From NCBI GenBank assembly GCA_003971905.1, contig RSEE01000056.1, positions 310,001 through 374,000 on the forward strand: DNA of 64,000 bases, read 5' to 3'. A program made the translations under genes and the position numbers. The notes under the pieces are model-generated. The model was not told where the DNA came from and made no database searches. It was given only the letters and a program-made list of their open reading frames with translations. How positions within the stretch are numbered: position 1 is the stretch's first letter; each line of letters starts with the position of its first letter. The DNA comes from Moniliella sp. 'wahieum' (Eukaryota). Positions 39,180 through 51,924 of the stretch are shown one piece after another.

Positions 39180-41761
39180 ACCTTCTCCCAGTGCCTCGCC
39201 TTCAACAGCGTCCCTCAATGGCGGCAGGCCTACCTTGACTACAGCCAGCTCAAGTCCCTGATCGCCCAACTCCATCAGAGAAGTTGTGATCCACCTCCCT
39301 TGTATCCGCCCCCATCCACTCCGGCACACTACGGCCTGGACATTGAGAGCGAATCGGCCGCCTTGCTCCCGTTCTTCCCAGGACGAAGATGTATACAATC
39401 CAGACCGCACCTTTATCCCTGCCCTCGACCAGCAGCTCAAGAAGATTTGCGACTTTTACCGTGTCCAAGAGCAAGCCCAGTTTGCCCAGGTTGCTCAGCT
39501 GGAAACGGCCGTGGGATCGGCAGAGCAGGGCACGAACCTGCCCACCCAACCATCCCCCAGCATCCACGTCCCTGAGTCCTTGATCGAAATCGAAGTGAAG
39601 CCGCAGGGCAGCCGCAAGCGACTGCATCTGGGTCAGGGAGCGATGGAGTTGATCCCGATCCTCATCGGTCCGTCTCAGTGGCTCTCCGTCCCGTCACGCG
39701 GGAATCTTGTCTTCTCCTTGGCCTGCTCATTTGCCCCTTCCCGTGCTTCCAAGGAGGAGAAGCTATCAGCCTCCTTCAGTGCGGATGGGGCTTCTTTTTG
39801 GGCGTCGGAGGATGACTATGTGGTTGACCTGCGATTGACGCTGAAGCGGCGCGGCTGAGTTGTTTGTCAGTCTCTCTGAACTGCAACAGTATGCTGCGTG
39901 AACCTGACGGGGTTGCAGAAGCTGCTGAAAAAGTACGACACGTGCCTATCCCGGTCCCTCAAGGAGGCCTACCTGGAGCAAGTCGTGATGAAGCAATACC
40001 CTTTTACAGCCGTTGCGCACGAAGCTCTAACCCGGCACATGAGCACAGTTGTCGTCTTTATGCCCGAGTCCACACTCAGAACGAGTACGATCTTGCCTTG
40101 GAGCAACTCAAGCTTCATCTTCGGGAAGAAGTTGTGTGGCAACGGAATACAGCTTGGCACCCGTTTCCGGGGTCGAATGCCGGGCCCGAGAACGCCATTG
40201 CGGTTGATATGGTGGACGAGCAAGTAGGGGAAGTTGTCTCACGACGTCCCCAAGGCGGGGGGGTTTCTCTTTCCCACTGTGTCTGCGATCCAGCTTGCGG
40301 TCGCATTGCTCATCTTTGTTGCGTTACTGAAACTGCCCATGCTCCGGTTCTTTACTCGGGTCGAGGCGCAAAACTGTTTCGCCATGCTGGTGCTGTGCAC
40401 CATCTTGTGGGCGACCGAGGTGATCCCTCTCTTTGCCACTTCCTTCCTTGTCCCCTTTTTGGTGGTCACATTGCGTGTGGCTCGCAGCGACGATGGGAAG
40501 GACCGGCGGCTCGGGGCCGACGAGACAGCCAAGTGGATCTTTCTGCAAATGTTTGCACCCAACATGTACCTTCTCATTGGAGGGTTTACTCTTGCGCTGT
40601 GTTGGGCAAATACGGCATCGACAAGGTGCTTGCCGTCAAGGTTTTGCGCTTGGCCGGTACCAAACCCTCAACGGTTCTGTTGGCTCATATGGCGGTAGCC
40701 ACGTTTGCGTCAATGTGGGTGTCGAATGTGGCATCACCCGTGCTCATGTACGGTCTGATCCAACCCATTCTCGACACCTTGCCTCAGGACTCGTCCTATG
40801 CCCGTGCGCTCATCTTGGGCATTGCGCTGGCGTCCAACATTGGCGGACAAACATCGCCGATTGCCTCACCAGCAGAACTTGATTGCGCTGCAGTACATGA
40901 AAGAGCCGCTGGGTTGGCTCCAGTGGTTTGCCATCACCATTCCTGTCTCGGGTTTGAGTGTGGTGGCGATCTGGTTGCTCATGTTGCGCGTGTACGGATC
41001 GGGGGAAGGGGTGGTGATCCGCAAGGTGGCCTCGTCCGAGCCGTTCAGTCGGACCCAGTGGTTCATCACGGGCGTCAGCGTGGCTACGATTTTGCTCTGG
41101 TGTGTGGAGCGCAACTTGGATTACATCCTGGGCGACATGGGCGTCGTGGCCTTGATCCCGCTCGTTGTCTTTTCGGTTCGGGCTTGCTGACCAAGGACGA
41201 CTTTAACAACTTTTTGTGGACCGTCGTCTTCCTCGCCATGGGAGGCATTGCCTTGGGCAAAGCCGTGACCGCGTCAGGGTTGCTCGATAGCCTGGACTTG
41301 CGTATGTGCTGCTCGGCTCGGTTCTTCTTTGGTGATCCCTGCCCTGACTGCTGTCTTTTGATTTGATTCGCCTTTTCTGCAGTGATCCAGAGCATTGTTC
41401 AGCACATGCCTCTGTGGCAAGTTCTGCTCAGTCTCCTCGCCATCTCGCTGGTTGTAGCCACCTTTATCTCCCACACGATCGCTACCGTGCTCTTGGCGCC
41501 AATTGCGGCCCAGGTAGGCGATCGTCTCGAATCGCCCCACCCGCGTCTACTGATCATGGCCACCACGCTGGCTGCGAGCGCAGCCATGGGCCTTCCTGTT
41601 TCTGGCTTCCCCAACATGACTGCCGCCTCGCTCGAGGATCGGACGGGGAAGCGGTACCTCGCAGTGAAAGATTTCCTTCGGTCGGGCTTGCTGGCGTCGG
41701 TGCTTTGTGGCGCGATCATTGCCACGGCTGGTGTGCTGGTCATGAGGTGCTGCAGCTGTAA
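39180..41761 (+). CDS. PHO91: SPX-domain low-affinity phosphate transporter (Pho87/Pho90/Pho91 family)
   Basis: SPX start FSQCLAFNSVPQWRQAYLDYSQLK, FIPALDQQLKKICDFY, NLTGLQKLLKKYD, LHLREEVVWQRNT, ILWATEVIPLFATS, FASMWVSNVASPVL, GIALASNIGG, VVFLAMGGIALGKAV, TFISHTIA and AAMGLPVSGFPNMTA. Start codon not located. Paralog assignment is tentative. Confidence 0.93.
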
Positions 41762-42641
41762 CCTGGTCAAGACAACCTCCTTGCTGTCCTTGGCGCTACC
41801 TCCTTGTCCTAATTGACCCATCCATTTATGATCTGATCTCTTGCCGCTCCGGTTCGCTTCTGGACGGTGGACTGTTGCTCGTGCATTCCAAAGAGGGAAA
41901 CGGACAGAGGAAAGCAACCCGGGCCTGCTCAGCCGGACGGCTAAGATTGCCACCACGTTAGAGCGCTAGCTAGTTGCGAGCCAAGCCCCGAAGACAGGCA
42001 GCGTTTGGGGCGCAGCGACCCCCCCCCCCTCCTCGCATGCCATGGTCCCTTCAGTTCTCTGGCTAGAGAGTGTGGGAGTGTCCGACTGGGTTGGTTATGC
42101 TAACCAGCACGGAGACCAGAACCTCAGGGTCCCATGTCACATGTCACAGGCCACGGGAACCTGCTGTAATAACGTGTGGTGAGTCCTTGGCAAGCCACTG
42201 GATTTTGGTTTGGATGGAGGAGAGGGCACGGCAGTGGGACAATGATCCACTCTGAGCGTACCGGATGAGAGGGCAGCCAACAGAAGAAAGTGCGACGAGG
42301 AACGAATGCGGTATATAATCAGATAGGGGGCAGGATGGAGGATACAGCAGTAGGGAATGCCGTCGATTCTGAAACGCAAGAGAGGACTGCCTGTCCAACC
42401 GCACATGGGAGAAAAATGGCGAGACAGACAGATGGGTTGAACGAAAGGTGGGTGAAGGGAGGATGGGGGGCGATGCAAGTGGGGATCAGGGGGGAATCGG
42501 GGCATCGGGAATCGGGGTGTCCAGACCAAACGAAAGCATACAGTGGAAAGGGGAGGGGAGGCGAGCTGTAGCAACAGGGGCAACAGAGAGAGAGGAGAAG
42601 AGACGACGGGGGGTAACACAAATGAAAAAAAGAAATGCAAC

Positions 42642-45600
42642 TCAAGCCACCCGTACCACCACTGTCGCCCCAGCGTCCGAGGGGTATCAGCCCCTTCAAA
42701 GCCCGAGGGGCGTCTTGGAGGGAGAGGCACTCAGACGAGGACAGATGGTCCCGTCCAGCGCGGCACGGTGCATGCTGAGCAACGCGTCGTGCGTATCGTG
42801 GAACCGGTCCGGTCCGATCCATGATACTCGATCGGTTTCTTGTCCTTTTTGAACAAGGAGCGCTTCAACGCATGCGAGTGGGCTTTCGTCCCACCATGGC
42901 TTCCCCACTCCTCGCCATAGCACGTAACAAAGTGACCGTCGCGTACAAGCAGACGCCGTGAAGCACTGTACAGCTTGCGGTCCCCGATCGTGTCCACCAC
43001 AAGATCAAAACTACTTTCGTGAGCGAGTGGATCGCCCACAACGCTTCGCCCACCACCACCTCGTGGGCGCCGTTGGCCTGGGCGATCGCATAGCCCTCGG
43101 TGGAGCCGGGCGGACATGGGCGACGATGATCAGCCCCAATTGGGTACAGGCTTGCATCGTCAACAGTCCCACACCATCGTGGGCATTGAGAATGAGCACA
43201 CGCGACCCGCGCTCGAGGTGCTGGCAATAGTGGCTGCTGTACCTGGAACGCCATCGCACCCGTAGCGGGCAAGGCGGCGATTGCTCCGGGTCAGCTTTCT
43301 TCTGGCGCCTTGGCTACGAGCGACTGGTCAATGAGTAGGTACTCGGCGAGCGCGCCCGACTAGACAGGACATGTGAGTCAGATATCCACTCGCTCAGAGC
43401 AAAAGCAAATCGGGAACAGGAACGTACTGTTTTGCAATCGGTCAGGCCAAAGACCATGTCGCCTTTGTGCACCTCTTCCACTCCCGAGCCCACAGCGCAA
43501 TCCGCCCACAAAAGCTGCGGCCGGGAACAAACCCGTCCGCTTCGACCGACCGCACCGGTCCCGTACGATCGCCCGTCTACTGCATCAATCGCGACGGCAT
43601 GACAGCAACCAAGACCTCGCCAGGCCCCACCTGGCGCGGCACAGGCCAATCTTGCGCCAGACCAAGTTTTCTTGGACCCTCTTCCACCCCACAGAGCCAG
43701 TCTCGGTTCGATTCCTCAACCTCCGCATGCCGTCTCGTTGGGGTGGCTGGGCCATCGTGATGACAATGGCCGCCATGGTCGGTTTATTCTGCAGCGGGGT
43801 TTCATCGGTTTCAGAGAGCCGCCGGGGGGTCCATCATCGGCACGAGATTGCGTACCGGGACAGCAGGGGAGCTTAGGATCGACGCTGGCCCCTGGGCAGT
43901 TGTGTTTTCCGGTCCGAAATCCACATTCTGTTGGGGGGCGACACGCGTTGGTGGGGTTCCCATTGCTGGAAGCAATTGACGAAGTTTGGGCGAAGCCTCC
44001 ACTGTCCGAGATGAGAGCGGTGGGGGGGCATCGAGGGGGCCGGAAGAGCTGGGCCAGTCCGGCGTGGGGTCGACGGGGTATCGCGAGAACTAGTAGGGAG
44101 CGAAGCGACCGAGTTGGAGAAAAACGCTGGACGCTTCACGGGCAGGCGAAGGCGCTCCTCCATAACAGCACCGGGAGAGAGCCTTGCCGTTCGTCGTGGC
44201 TTTCCATGGGGCGGTTGACCATGCCACCCTGAGGATGAGGACGGTAGTAGGATCCGTCGAGCACAGAAGGTTCTAAACCCACGGCTGGCCCGCTTCTCCC
44301 TTTACGTACTGACGAGGTACGAGGGAGGCGATCCGAAGCTGCTTGAGTGCTCAGCCCGACGCATTCCCTTCGACTGTAAGGGCGGACCAGGGTGACCGGC
44401 GAATTCTCTGCCGAAAGCTGGGGGTACTTTGGGTCATCGGAAGTCTGGAAGGGAGCGAAGCGTAGGGGACTCCACTACAGCAGGAGGGGCAGGGGAAAAA
44501 AAGGAAGAGCAGGTTTGTCCTTGTGCGAAGAAAGAGATTTCATCGTCAAAGGTTGCAGCAGAGCACTGCGCCCTTTCATCCTTTTCTTAGCCTTGACGCT
44601 TGGGGGCTCACTTTGGATCAACTGCGAAATGGTCATTCCACCCGATGAACGGTGGTACCCTGCTCCACTTCCGAAGGAGAAGGCTTGACTTTCGTTTTCT
44701 TAGCCTTAAACTTGGATACTGGTTTCTTGACGATAGTGAAGCGCTTTGTTTCCCGTGTGGCGGCACTTTGTTCGGATGGCTGGAATGGGACAGGGGGAGT
44801 TGGGGGTGTCCGTTGTTCTTCGGAGGGAAGCAGACCAGACCAGCCGCGGTGCAGATGCCGGGTAAACAAATGGCACTGGCTCTGCCGAGAGGGGACTCGA
44901 AGCGGCCGAGTGCGGCGTGGACAAAGTTCCGAGCGCGCAGAAGCGATAGGACTGCCGACTGGGCGTTTGCGTGTGGCCGCACAGGAATCACAGGCCCAGC
45001 CACAGGGGCATTCATACTCGAGGGAGAGCCACGAGGGTTATCCATCTGCAAATGCTCCCGCCCTGGGCCCATTGGTTGAGGCTGGTCATCGAGGGCCGTT
45101 GAAGATACAAGCACGGGGGGCGGCAGCACGACTGGCGGAGGAAAATCCGGTGCATCAGAGCGCGAAGAGGTGCACTGCGGCGGGGCGGGAACGGTATCGG
45201 GTACAGCGGTGGCGTGGACGAGCGGGGTGAACCTGATAGGGATGGAGATTCTTTCGGGGCCTCCTCCGGATGGGCTTCGAACAAGCGTGGGGCAGAAGGC
45301 GCCACGCCCTCCTGCCCATCCGACGAAGAGGTGCGGGTCGGAGTTAAGGCGATTCCTCTTGCGTGTGGGGGGAGGGGGGCATCTCCCTGCTTTGACCTGT
45401 TGGCAAAGGGGACGAGTGTGGGACGTGACGCCTGGGCTGACCCAACAACCAAGGACCAAGTGGGAGATTCCTTCTCGGAGGAAATGTCGGACCTGCTGCT
45501 CGAGCTTTCATTGCGCTCATGGCCGGGACTTGCACGTGGCTCGCCCAAGCCGACATTGAGCGTATCAGCCAGGTTCGTTGGTGAATACACACCCAACGTG

Positions 45601-47991
45601 ACGGAATGAGACGATCCAGGAGCTAAGCATTGCCCACGGCAATCACATTGGATGAAGTATCGGTTGTGGGCGCCTGAAAGACAGGTGCATCAACCTTGCC
45701 TCCCGCCGTTGGAGTGGAGGGCTTGGTTTCCATCACGGGGGAGAGGGTGCCTTGTGTACTGGGAATAATGTGTCGGTAGTAGCAATGGGCGAAGCGACCG
45801 CTAACGAGTTAGCAACAGGGGAGGGTGCAGGTGAAAGCAAAGCCTGTTGGTAGCGTCCTCGGGTCATAATACTAGGATCGCTAAGGCAGCTTCTTTTGCT
45901 TTGACTTTCTCTGCCAGTGCCTTTTCTTCCTGTAACCTCTGGCCTGGGCACGCTCTTCCTGGTCGACGGTATGGAAGCACCTAGCCAAGCTTCCCCGAGT
46001 TCGGCATCGATCCCCTCGAAGGATATACGGCCATAAGCCGGGCTCTCCCCAGCTGGGGGTACCGATTCCGCCTCTGCGGAGGGTGGCACCTTCTCGGCCT
46101 CGGAGAAGGTCATATACGAACGAGGTTGGGTGGGCTCTGGGATATGTGCCTCCTTGGGCTTCTCGTTTGCAGAAGAAGACTCTAGCCCGAACTGATCGAA
46201 AATCCACGTAGGCCAAGTAAGTCATCTTCCTGCGACTTGGAGGAAGGGATTGGGGCTTGGGAAGCAGCCTCGGCATGAGGGGAAGGTTCCGGTGTCTGTG
46301 TCTCATGTGACGTGCTGTGGTGTACCCCAGTCTCCACCATCATCTGTTTGGACTCTGGCTCGACTTCAGGCAAGCCATTAGGACTCTCCTCAGGTTGGCT
46401 CGCTTGCTGGAACTCTGGCTCGGCGGCATCATGCTCATGATCCTTGGATGCAAGAAACGCGTTGATGCCAAAGACGGACCCGAGAGAGATGGTGGACAAC
46501 CTCTTAGGATTGACCACTTCTATCGAAGGAGTCCCCTGGAGCGAGAGGCTCTCGTCTTGGGGGCGAGGGACGGCTGGGTCAGTGCCCACAAGCACCACGG
46601 GCGTGGTGCCTTCCGTGCAGGGGGTTCCGGACGTCACGCTTACTGGACGAGAAGAGAGGGAGATTCGCCCTCGCTTTCTTCTGCGACGCGTGCTAGCGGG
46701 CCTGGGGATACATGGGCCCATTTTCCCTGTGGATCTGACGAAAGAAGAGAGGTGTCGCTTGATGACGCCTCCACTTCCTCCTCGTCGTTCTCATCCTCCT
46801 CTTCTTCCTCTTCTTCGTCTTCTTCGTTCTCCTCCTCCTCCTCCTCCTCCTCCTCCTCCTCCTCCTCCTCCTCCTCCTCCTCTCCTCCTCCTCCTCCCCT
46901 CCTCGTCAGTCTCTTCTTCTTCGCTCACCTCATCATCCCCCTCGCCAACTGGTTCTCCTCACTGCTCTCTTCGCCATCCTCAATCTCCCCGCCCTCTTCA
47001 CCATGGCCCTCAAGCGGCGTGTCCTTCTCATCCTCCCTCGAATCTGAACCGAGTCCTGCTGGGGCTCCAGCGCAAGCCGGTGGCTCAGACACATAAGTCC
47101 GGCGCAACATCTCGTCCGACTCGGTATCAGAGTCGCGGTTGCCTTGGCTGGTGCGATCCAGCACGGAGGATGAGACCGGGACGGAGGGTGAGACGGAGAG
47201 GGAAGTGGCACTCGCACTGGAGCTTGGGGGCGGGAAGGCCGGAGTGGAAGGGGACAGCCGAGACGGTTGGAGCGGCGGTTGGAACACGGTTGGAGCCCTG
47301 CGGGATGGGAGGCTGGCTCTGCTGTAGGAGAGGAGCACGATGTGGTGCCGGGGCAGGCCGGGAGAGTAGGCTGGCACATGCGGCAGAGAGGCCGGCTCAA
47401 CACCGGGGGTGACAGCGACCTGGCCCGTCCAGGGCCCGACGACCTGTCTCGCGACCTGGTCAACGGGCCGGTCGTGCGCCAGCTCGGCACGCAGGCGAGC
47501 GAGGTGCTCTTGTTTGCGAGCGAGGCCGTTGGCGGTGGTGCCATGGGTAAAGCGATGGGAGGGGTGGGCATGAGGCGCGCCCCAGGCCCGCGCTGCTGTG
47601 TTCACATCCTCAGGCGGGGGAGGCGCAACGATGGACGAGTCTTGCGGGCGCTCCCAGGTGCGTGCAATGTCGGTGCCTGACACGGAAGCGATAAAGGCTT
47701 TCCAGTTGGCTGGGCCATGTGCGGGTTGCCCCGGTGCGGCCCAGTGCTGGGACAGGGCATGTGCTGCGGCGGGCGGCATGTAGGCGCGCGGGGGGCCTGC
47801 GCCTGCAGAGACAAGAAGGGCGTACGAGGCGGCGTAGCAAGGGGCAGACGAGGAGGTGTAAGAGGAGGGGGCATATGAGGAGGCATAGGCTGGTGCTCCG
47901 GCTGTGGCACGCATATGTCAGTCCAAGTCAGGATGCGCGGCTGCGGCGGCGGCGTGCAGAGTGACGACAAGCGAGGGGATGGACATACCAT
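42642..47991 (-). CDS. Very long protein: disordered N-terminus plus C-terminal MDR (GroES-like/zinc-independent quinone oxidoreductase-like) domain
   Basis: C-terminal fragments VPGRSFCGRI, EVHKGDMVFGLTDCK|SGALAEY, ERGSRVLILNAHDGVGLLTMQ, FDLVVDTIGDRKLY and LKRSLFKKDKK. Upstream is a chain of S/P/E-rich minus-strand ORFs back to ATG|GTATGT intron (~47903-47988). Single-gene status is inferred. Confidence 0.7.
46775..46905. repeat. (CCT)n trinucleotide tract (poly-Glu on minus strand)
   Basis: Long cctcctcctcct... run within the MDR-domain gene. Confidence 0.9.
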
Positions 47992-50900
47992 GGCCCATCT
48001 GGGCAGTGTAGGACGGCCGGTTGGTGGACGACACACTGGGAAGCGGCGGCGGCGGCGGTAGTAGGGGGGAAGGCACGGGGCGCTAGGGTCGGGGGCGATG
48101 GGCTGGGCACGGGGGAGAGGAGGCACAGGCGGGGGGGGAGGTGGTGGGCAGGCGTGCTGCTGGGCGTGCGGAGGGAGCCGAGCCACGAGCCGAGCGAGTG
48201 GGCCGAGCGGCAGAGCGGGCAGACGGGCAGAGCGGGCGGAGCGGCTGGTGGCTGCACTGGTCTGCGAGCGCGCATCGTCGTCGAGGCGGAGGCGGTGGGT
48301 GGGACGCCGCTGCGGGGGGCGTAGGCGCGGGGGCTGGGGCCGCAGGGCGGTAGTCGACGGGGGACGGGGCGGGTGGGGGGCTGCGTCGCTGTAGGTGTGG
48401 GAGGCCGGTTGAGCAGCGAGTCGACGATGCGCGGCATTGGTGGCGGCGCCGTGCGCGTGCTGTCCAGACGGTGTGTTGTGGGCTGTGGCCTGTGGGGTTC
48501 TGCGCCTCAGCTGCATGGGCCTGCGCCTCACGCCTGACGCGCGCACATCCGTCGAGAGCAATTGCTACTGAGTCCAGTACTCAGTACTGACTCAGTACTC
48601 AGTGGGATGCGGCATTCCACACTGCCCCCCTGCCGCCGCCAGCTCAGCTCCACGGCTGGTCCATTTCGCCGATCCTCTTCCGCCATCGCTCGCCCACTTG
48701 GACTAGCTTGGCTCCCACGTGTGGCGCCTCCGCGGGACAACCAACGGTCGAGGGGAAAAGCAGCTGTCTTTCCCTGTCTTGACTGGCCCTCCCCTCCCCC
48801 TCGACCATCTCACTACTGCTCCAGGCTTCCACGGCCTCCCAGCCTGACCCAGTCTGGTCGGTCTGGTTGATTTGGCCCCCAACTGGCAGGTTGCCTGTCG
48901 GCCACTGTGACATGGTCATGTGACACGCAACGCCACCTGCGCCACACCTGCCACCCCCGAGAGCGCAGATCAACAGCCCACTGGGCCAGTGCCTGGCCTG
49001 CCCTGCTCCTCCGTCTTAGTCATCTCCACAGATTGCCCCGATGACGACGACTAGCTGACAGTCATCGATCATCCATGTCGCTGTGACACCCATGTGATGA
49101 CTCTTTTGATCGCTTTTTCAACTTTCATGCACCCCCACTTCCCCACCGCCCCAACCCCCATGCAAGTGACAACAAGCGCGAGACATGAACGTTTAACGTT
49201 TTATGTTGACATGTGACAGCCCATCTAGCCATCTCGGCTGGCGAAAAGCCCTCCTGGACCAAAGCCACGGTATTATACCACACGACCTGCACACCATCCT
49301 CACACCCGATGCGTCGGTGTAGGCCAATCGACGCCCATCGCATCTCTGGAAAAATAGTGTCTATGCCCCGGACGACGCCTCAGTCTTGCCGCAAGCCGAA
49401 GCCTCCGCGGCCAAGGAAACTACCACCGTGGCCGAAACTTCTTTTCTTTGCCCGAGGCACGAGCTCACCTCTGCTGCAGCGGGAGCTGAACTGAGAGGGT
49501 CCATGCTTTATTGGCCTTGTGTGTCGATCGACATGTCTTCCTCTTTTGAGCGCTTGTGCCCATTCGGGCTCACTTACCTCCACTCCATTGGGGTCAACGT
49601 GTCGGTTGTGAGAGGAAAATCAGATTGGTTTCCGGGTTAACGCCAGGAGAGGACGAAACACTAGTAGGCGACCAACGATCTGTTGGGTGCGCCCCAGGGA
49701 AGAGTAGCACGACAACCTCACAACCTTAGCATTGCGTGTTGCAGGGGAAAAGTTCACTTGCACCCTTCCCGACGTGTGGGGAGCGCAGAGGAATCCAAAG
49801 GCGCTGAAATGGAGCTCGTCTTCCACAACGCCGGCACGAGCCTCATCTTCCGATTGGAGCTCAAAGCGGGGGGGTGAACTGAGTCTGAGTACTGATACCG
49901 AGTATATCGAGCTCCAGCACATTCGATTCGGAAAGTATACAGCGCATGTGGACCACAGGCATTGGTGTGGCCGGAAGGCAGCAGTTCCTATACTAGAGAT
50001 CGATTAACAATAACAGTTGTGCGAGTTTCGAGGGAGAAGGTGACTTTGAAGAGACGAGCGTGCTTCGTGGGTTGCCCCCTACGGTTCACGAGAGCACTGC
50101 CTATAGTAGGAGCCCCGCCTCTCTGCCAGTGTCAAGAACGCTGCGCCTGCGAGGCTCGCTCATTCACCGTGTGCTGTTTTTGCTCGTGCCAACCCAATCA
50201 CGAGAGGGGCGGGGTATCGTTATACTCGCAATTCTGGATCCTTTGGGTCCCGTCATTCGCCTCCCACTCGCATGGAGCGCGCGTGGATACGAAGGATGAA
50301 TGAAGCGTGGCAGTCAGGTGAGCGATGGAAGTAGCAGAGGCACATGGATAGCGTTCAACCAACCGTTCACGTTCAACGAACGTTCAACGTTGAAAGCGGA
50401 AACCCCAGTGGGACCTAGCCAGCCTAGTGGGACTTGCCGCAGTTGTGACACTGCCCAACTGCCACCTGTGGAAACAGAATACAGGGCATCACCCATCAAA
50501 TTTCAAACATCATGCATCATCCACCAGGCATCACTATGTCACTGTCACCTTGTCTGTCGAGTGTGCATATGGGGTTACCGGGGTTAGCGGTTGCTGCTTT
50601 GGGGTATCGTTTGCAGGCCCCCTTTTTGTTGACCTCCATCACCCAGTCGTCCCCCCATCCCTAGTCCCCTCTGCTGCATCCACCCGACAGCCGCGCGACG
50701 CTGGCCAGTTTCCATGGCCCACCGCTTCTAGCATCCTATCGCAAACAGCGTCAAGCCCCCTGCGACCGTCAACAACCCGTGCGCGGTTCCAGCACGTACA
50801 GCAAGCTCTGCCCGTCACCAGTTCTCGTGGGTTCGTCCCAACAGCCACCCATGACCTCGATCAATCTTCCATCCCGTCTTCTTGTTTGTGCGCCCCAGTT

Positions 50901-51924
50901 GGTCACGCTGGCAGCGAGCCCCGTACGTCGTCTCATTTCTTTCTGCCCCCCGCCCCCGCTCTCTTCAAGCTTCACGCCTCCCCCCCCCCCCTGCCTGACT
51001 GACACTTCGTCTCTTGATTCGCCACTTCTCTTCACAGCCACGCCCCGATCTGTGCCGGGAACATTTGAACCCCTGAACGAGACGAGGCGCCTGTCTACCC
51101 ACCCTGTCCTTCGCCCCTACATCGGACGGTCTTTTGTCCATCCCCCCTGCCCGTGCCCTTGCTTTCCTCCGACCCGCACCTGAGGAGCACATTCGCCTTG
51201 CCCAAGATTGCGATGGGTATGTCCATTGATCGCAGTCTATGGATTGACGTACTAACCGAACCTTCTGCTTGGTTCAACCGGGCTGTCTTGGGCTTTTCCT
51301 CCAGTCGGCGTGGGACACTTGCGGGTGTGGCCACGGGAGGCAGCGTGGGCGAGGGGCCAGCCACAGCGGGTGGCGCTTTCCAAGCAACTGCCTCCTATGG
51401 ATGGTGCGGGCGGATGGCGATATGGGGCTGCATGCCTACCGTGGGCCCAGTGCTGCTTTACTGGCGTTGCGCGTTATTGGCGTTCGTTGGCGCGGACTGG
51501 ACGGGGGGCTGTGGCTTGCTGTGCCCTGGCCTGGGCGCTTCAAGTGGGGCTCTGGCGCACGCAAATCCCGCTGGTGGGCGGAACTGCTGAGGTAAGCTGG
51601 CGCGCGCAGGCAAGCGCCGCTGCGCCTGGGACGGGGCGGCGGCGGGCGACACGGGCGCGGTGCGGGCAGTGCGCAGCGCTTGGATGGGTCATGTGCGCAC
51701 TGGGCGGGCGGGCGCGCGGCGACGCATCGAACGCGGCCTCGTTTCTTCTGTGGGAGGAGGGCATCGCCGCTGCGCCGGCGGTTGCTGCTTGGCGAGCATC
51801 CACCCCATCCCGCCCGCGCCCCTCGCCCCCCCCCCGCCTGTCTGCGCCGCCCCGAGCGCCGCCCCGCCCAGCTGCCTGCGCCAGCGAGTCCCCACGTGCG
51901 TCCGCTGGCCCATGCGCCCAGGCC

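Noticed and set aside
43705..43715. tRNA T-loop/B-box-like GGTTCGATTCC
   Set aside because: It lies within the MDR coding region, with no cloverleaf or A-box around it.
49125..51600. Short ORFs between the MDR-domain gene and EPL1
   Set aside because: No family motifs or consistent exon structure; treated as intergenic, though a small gene cannot be excluded.
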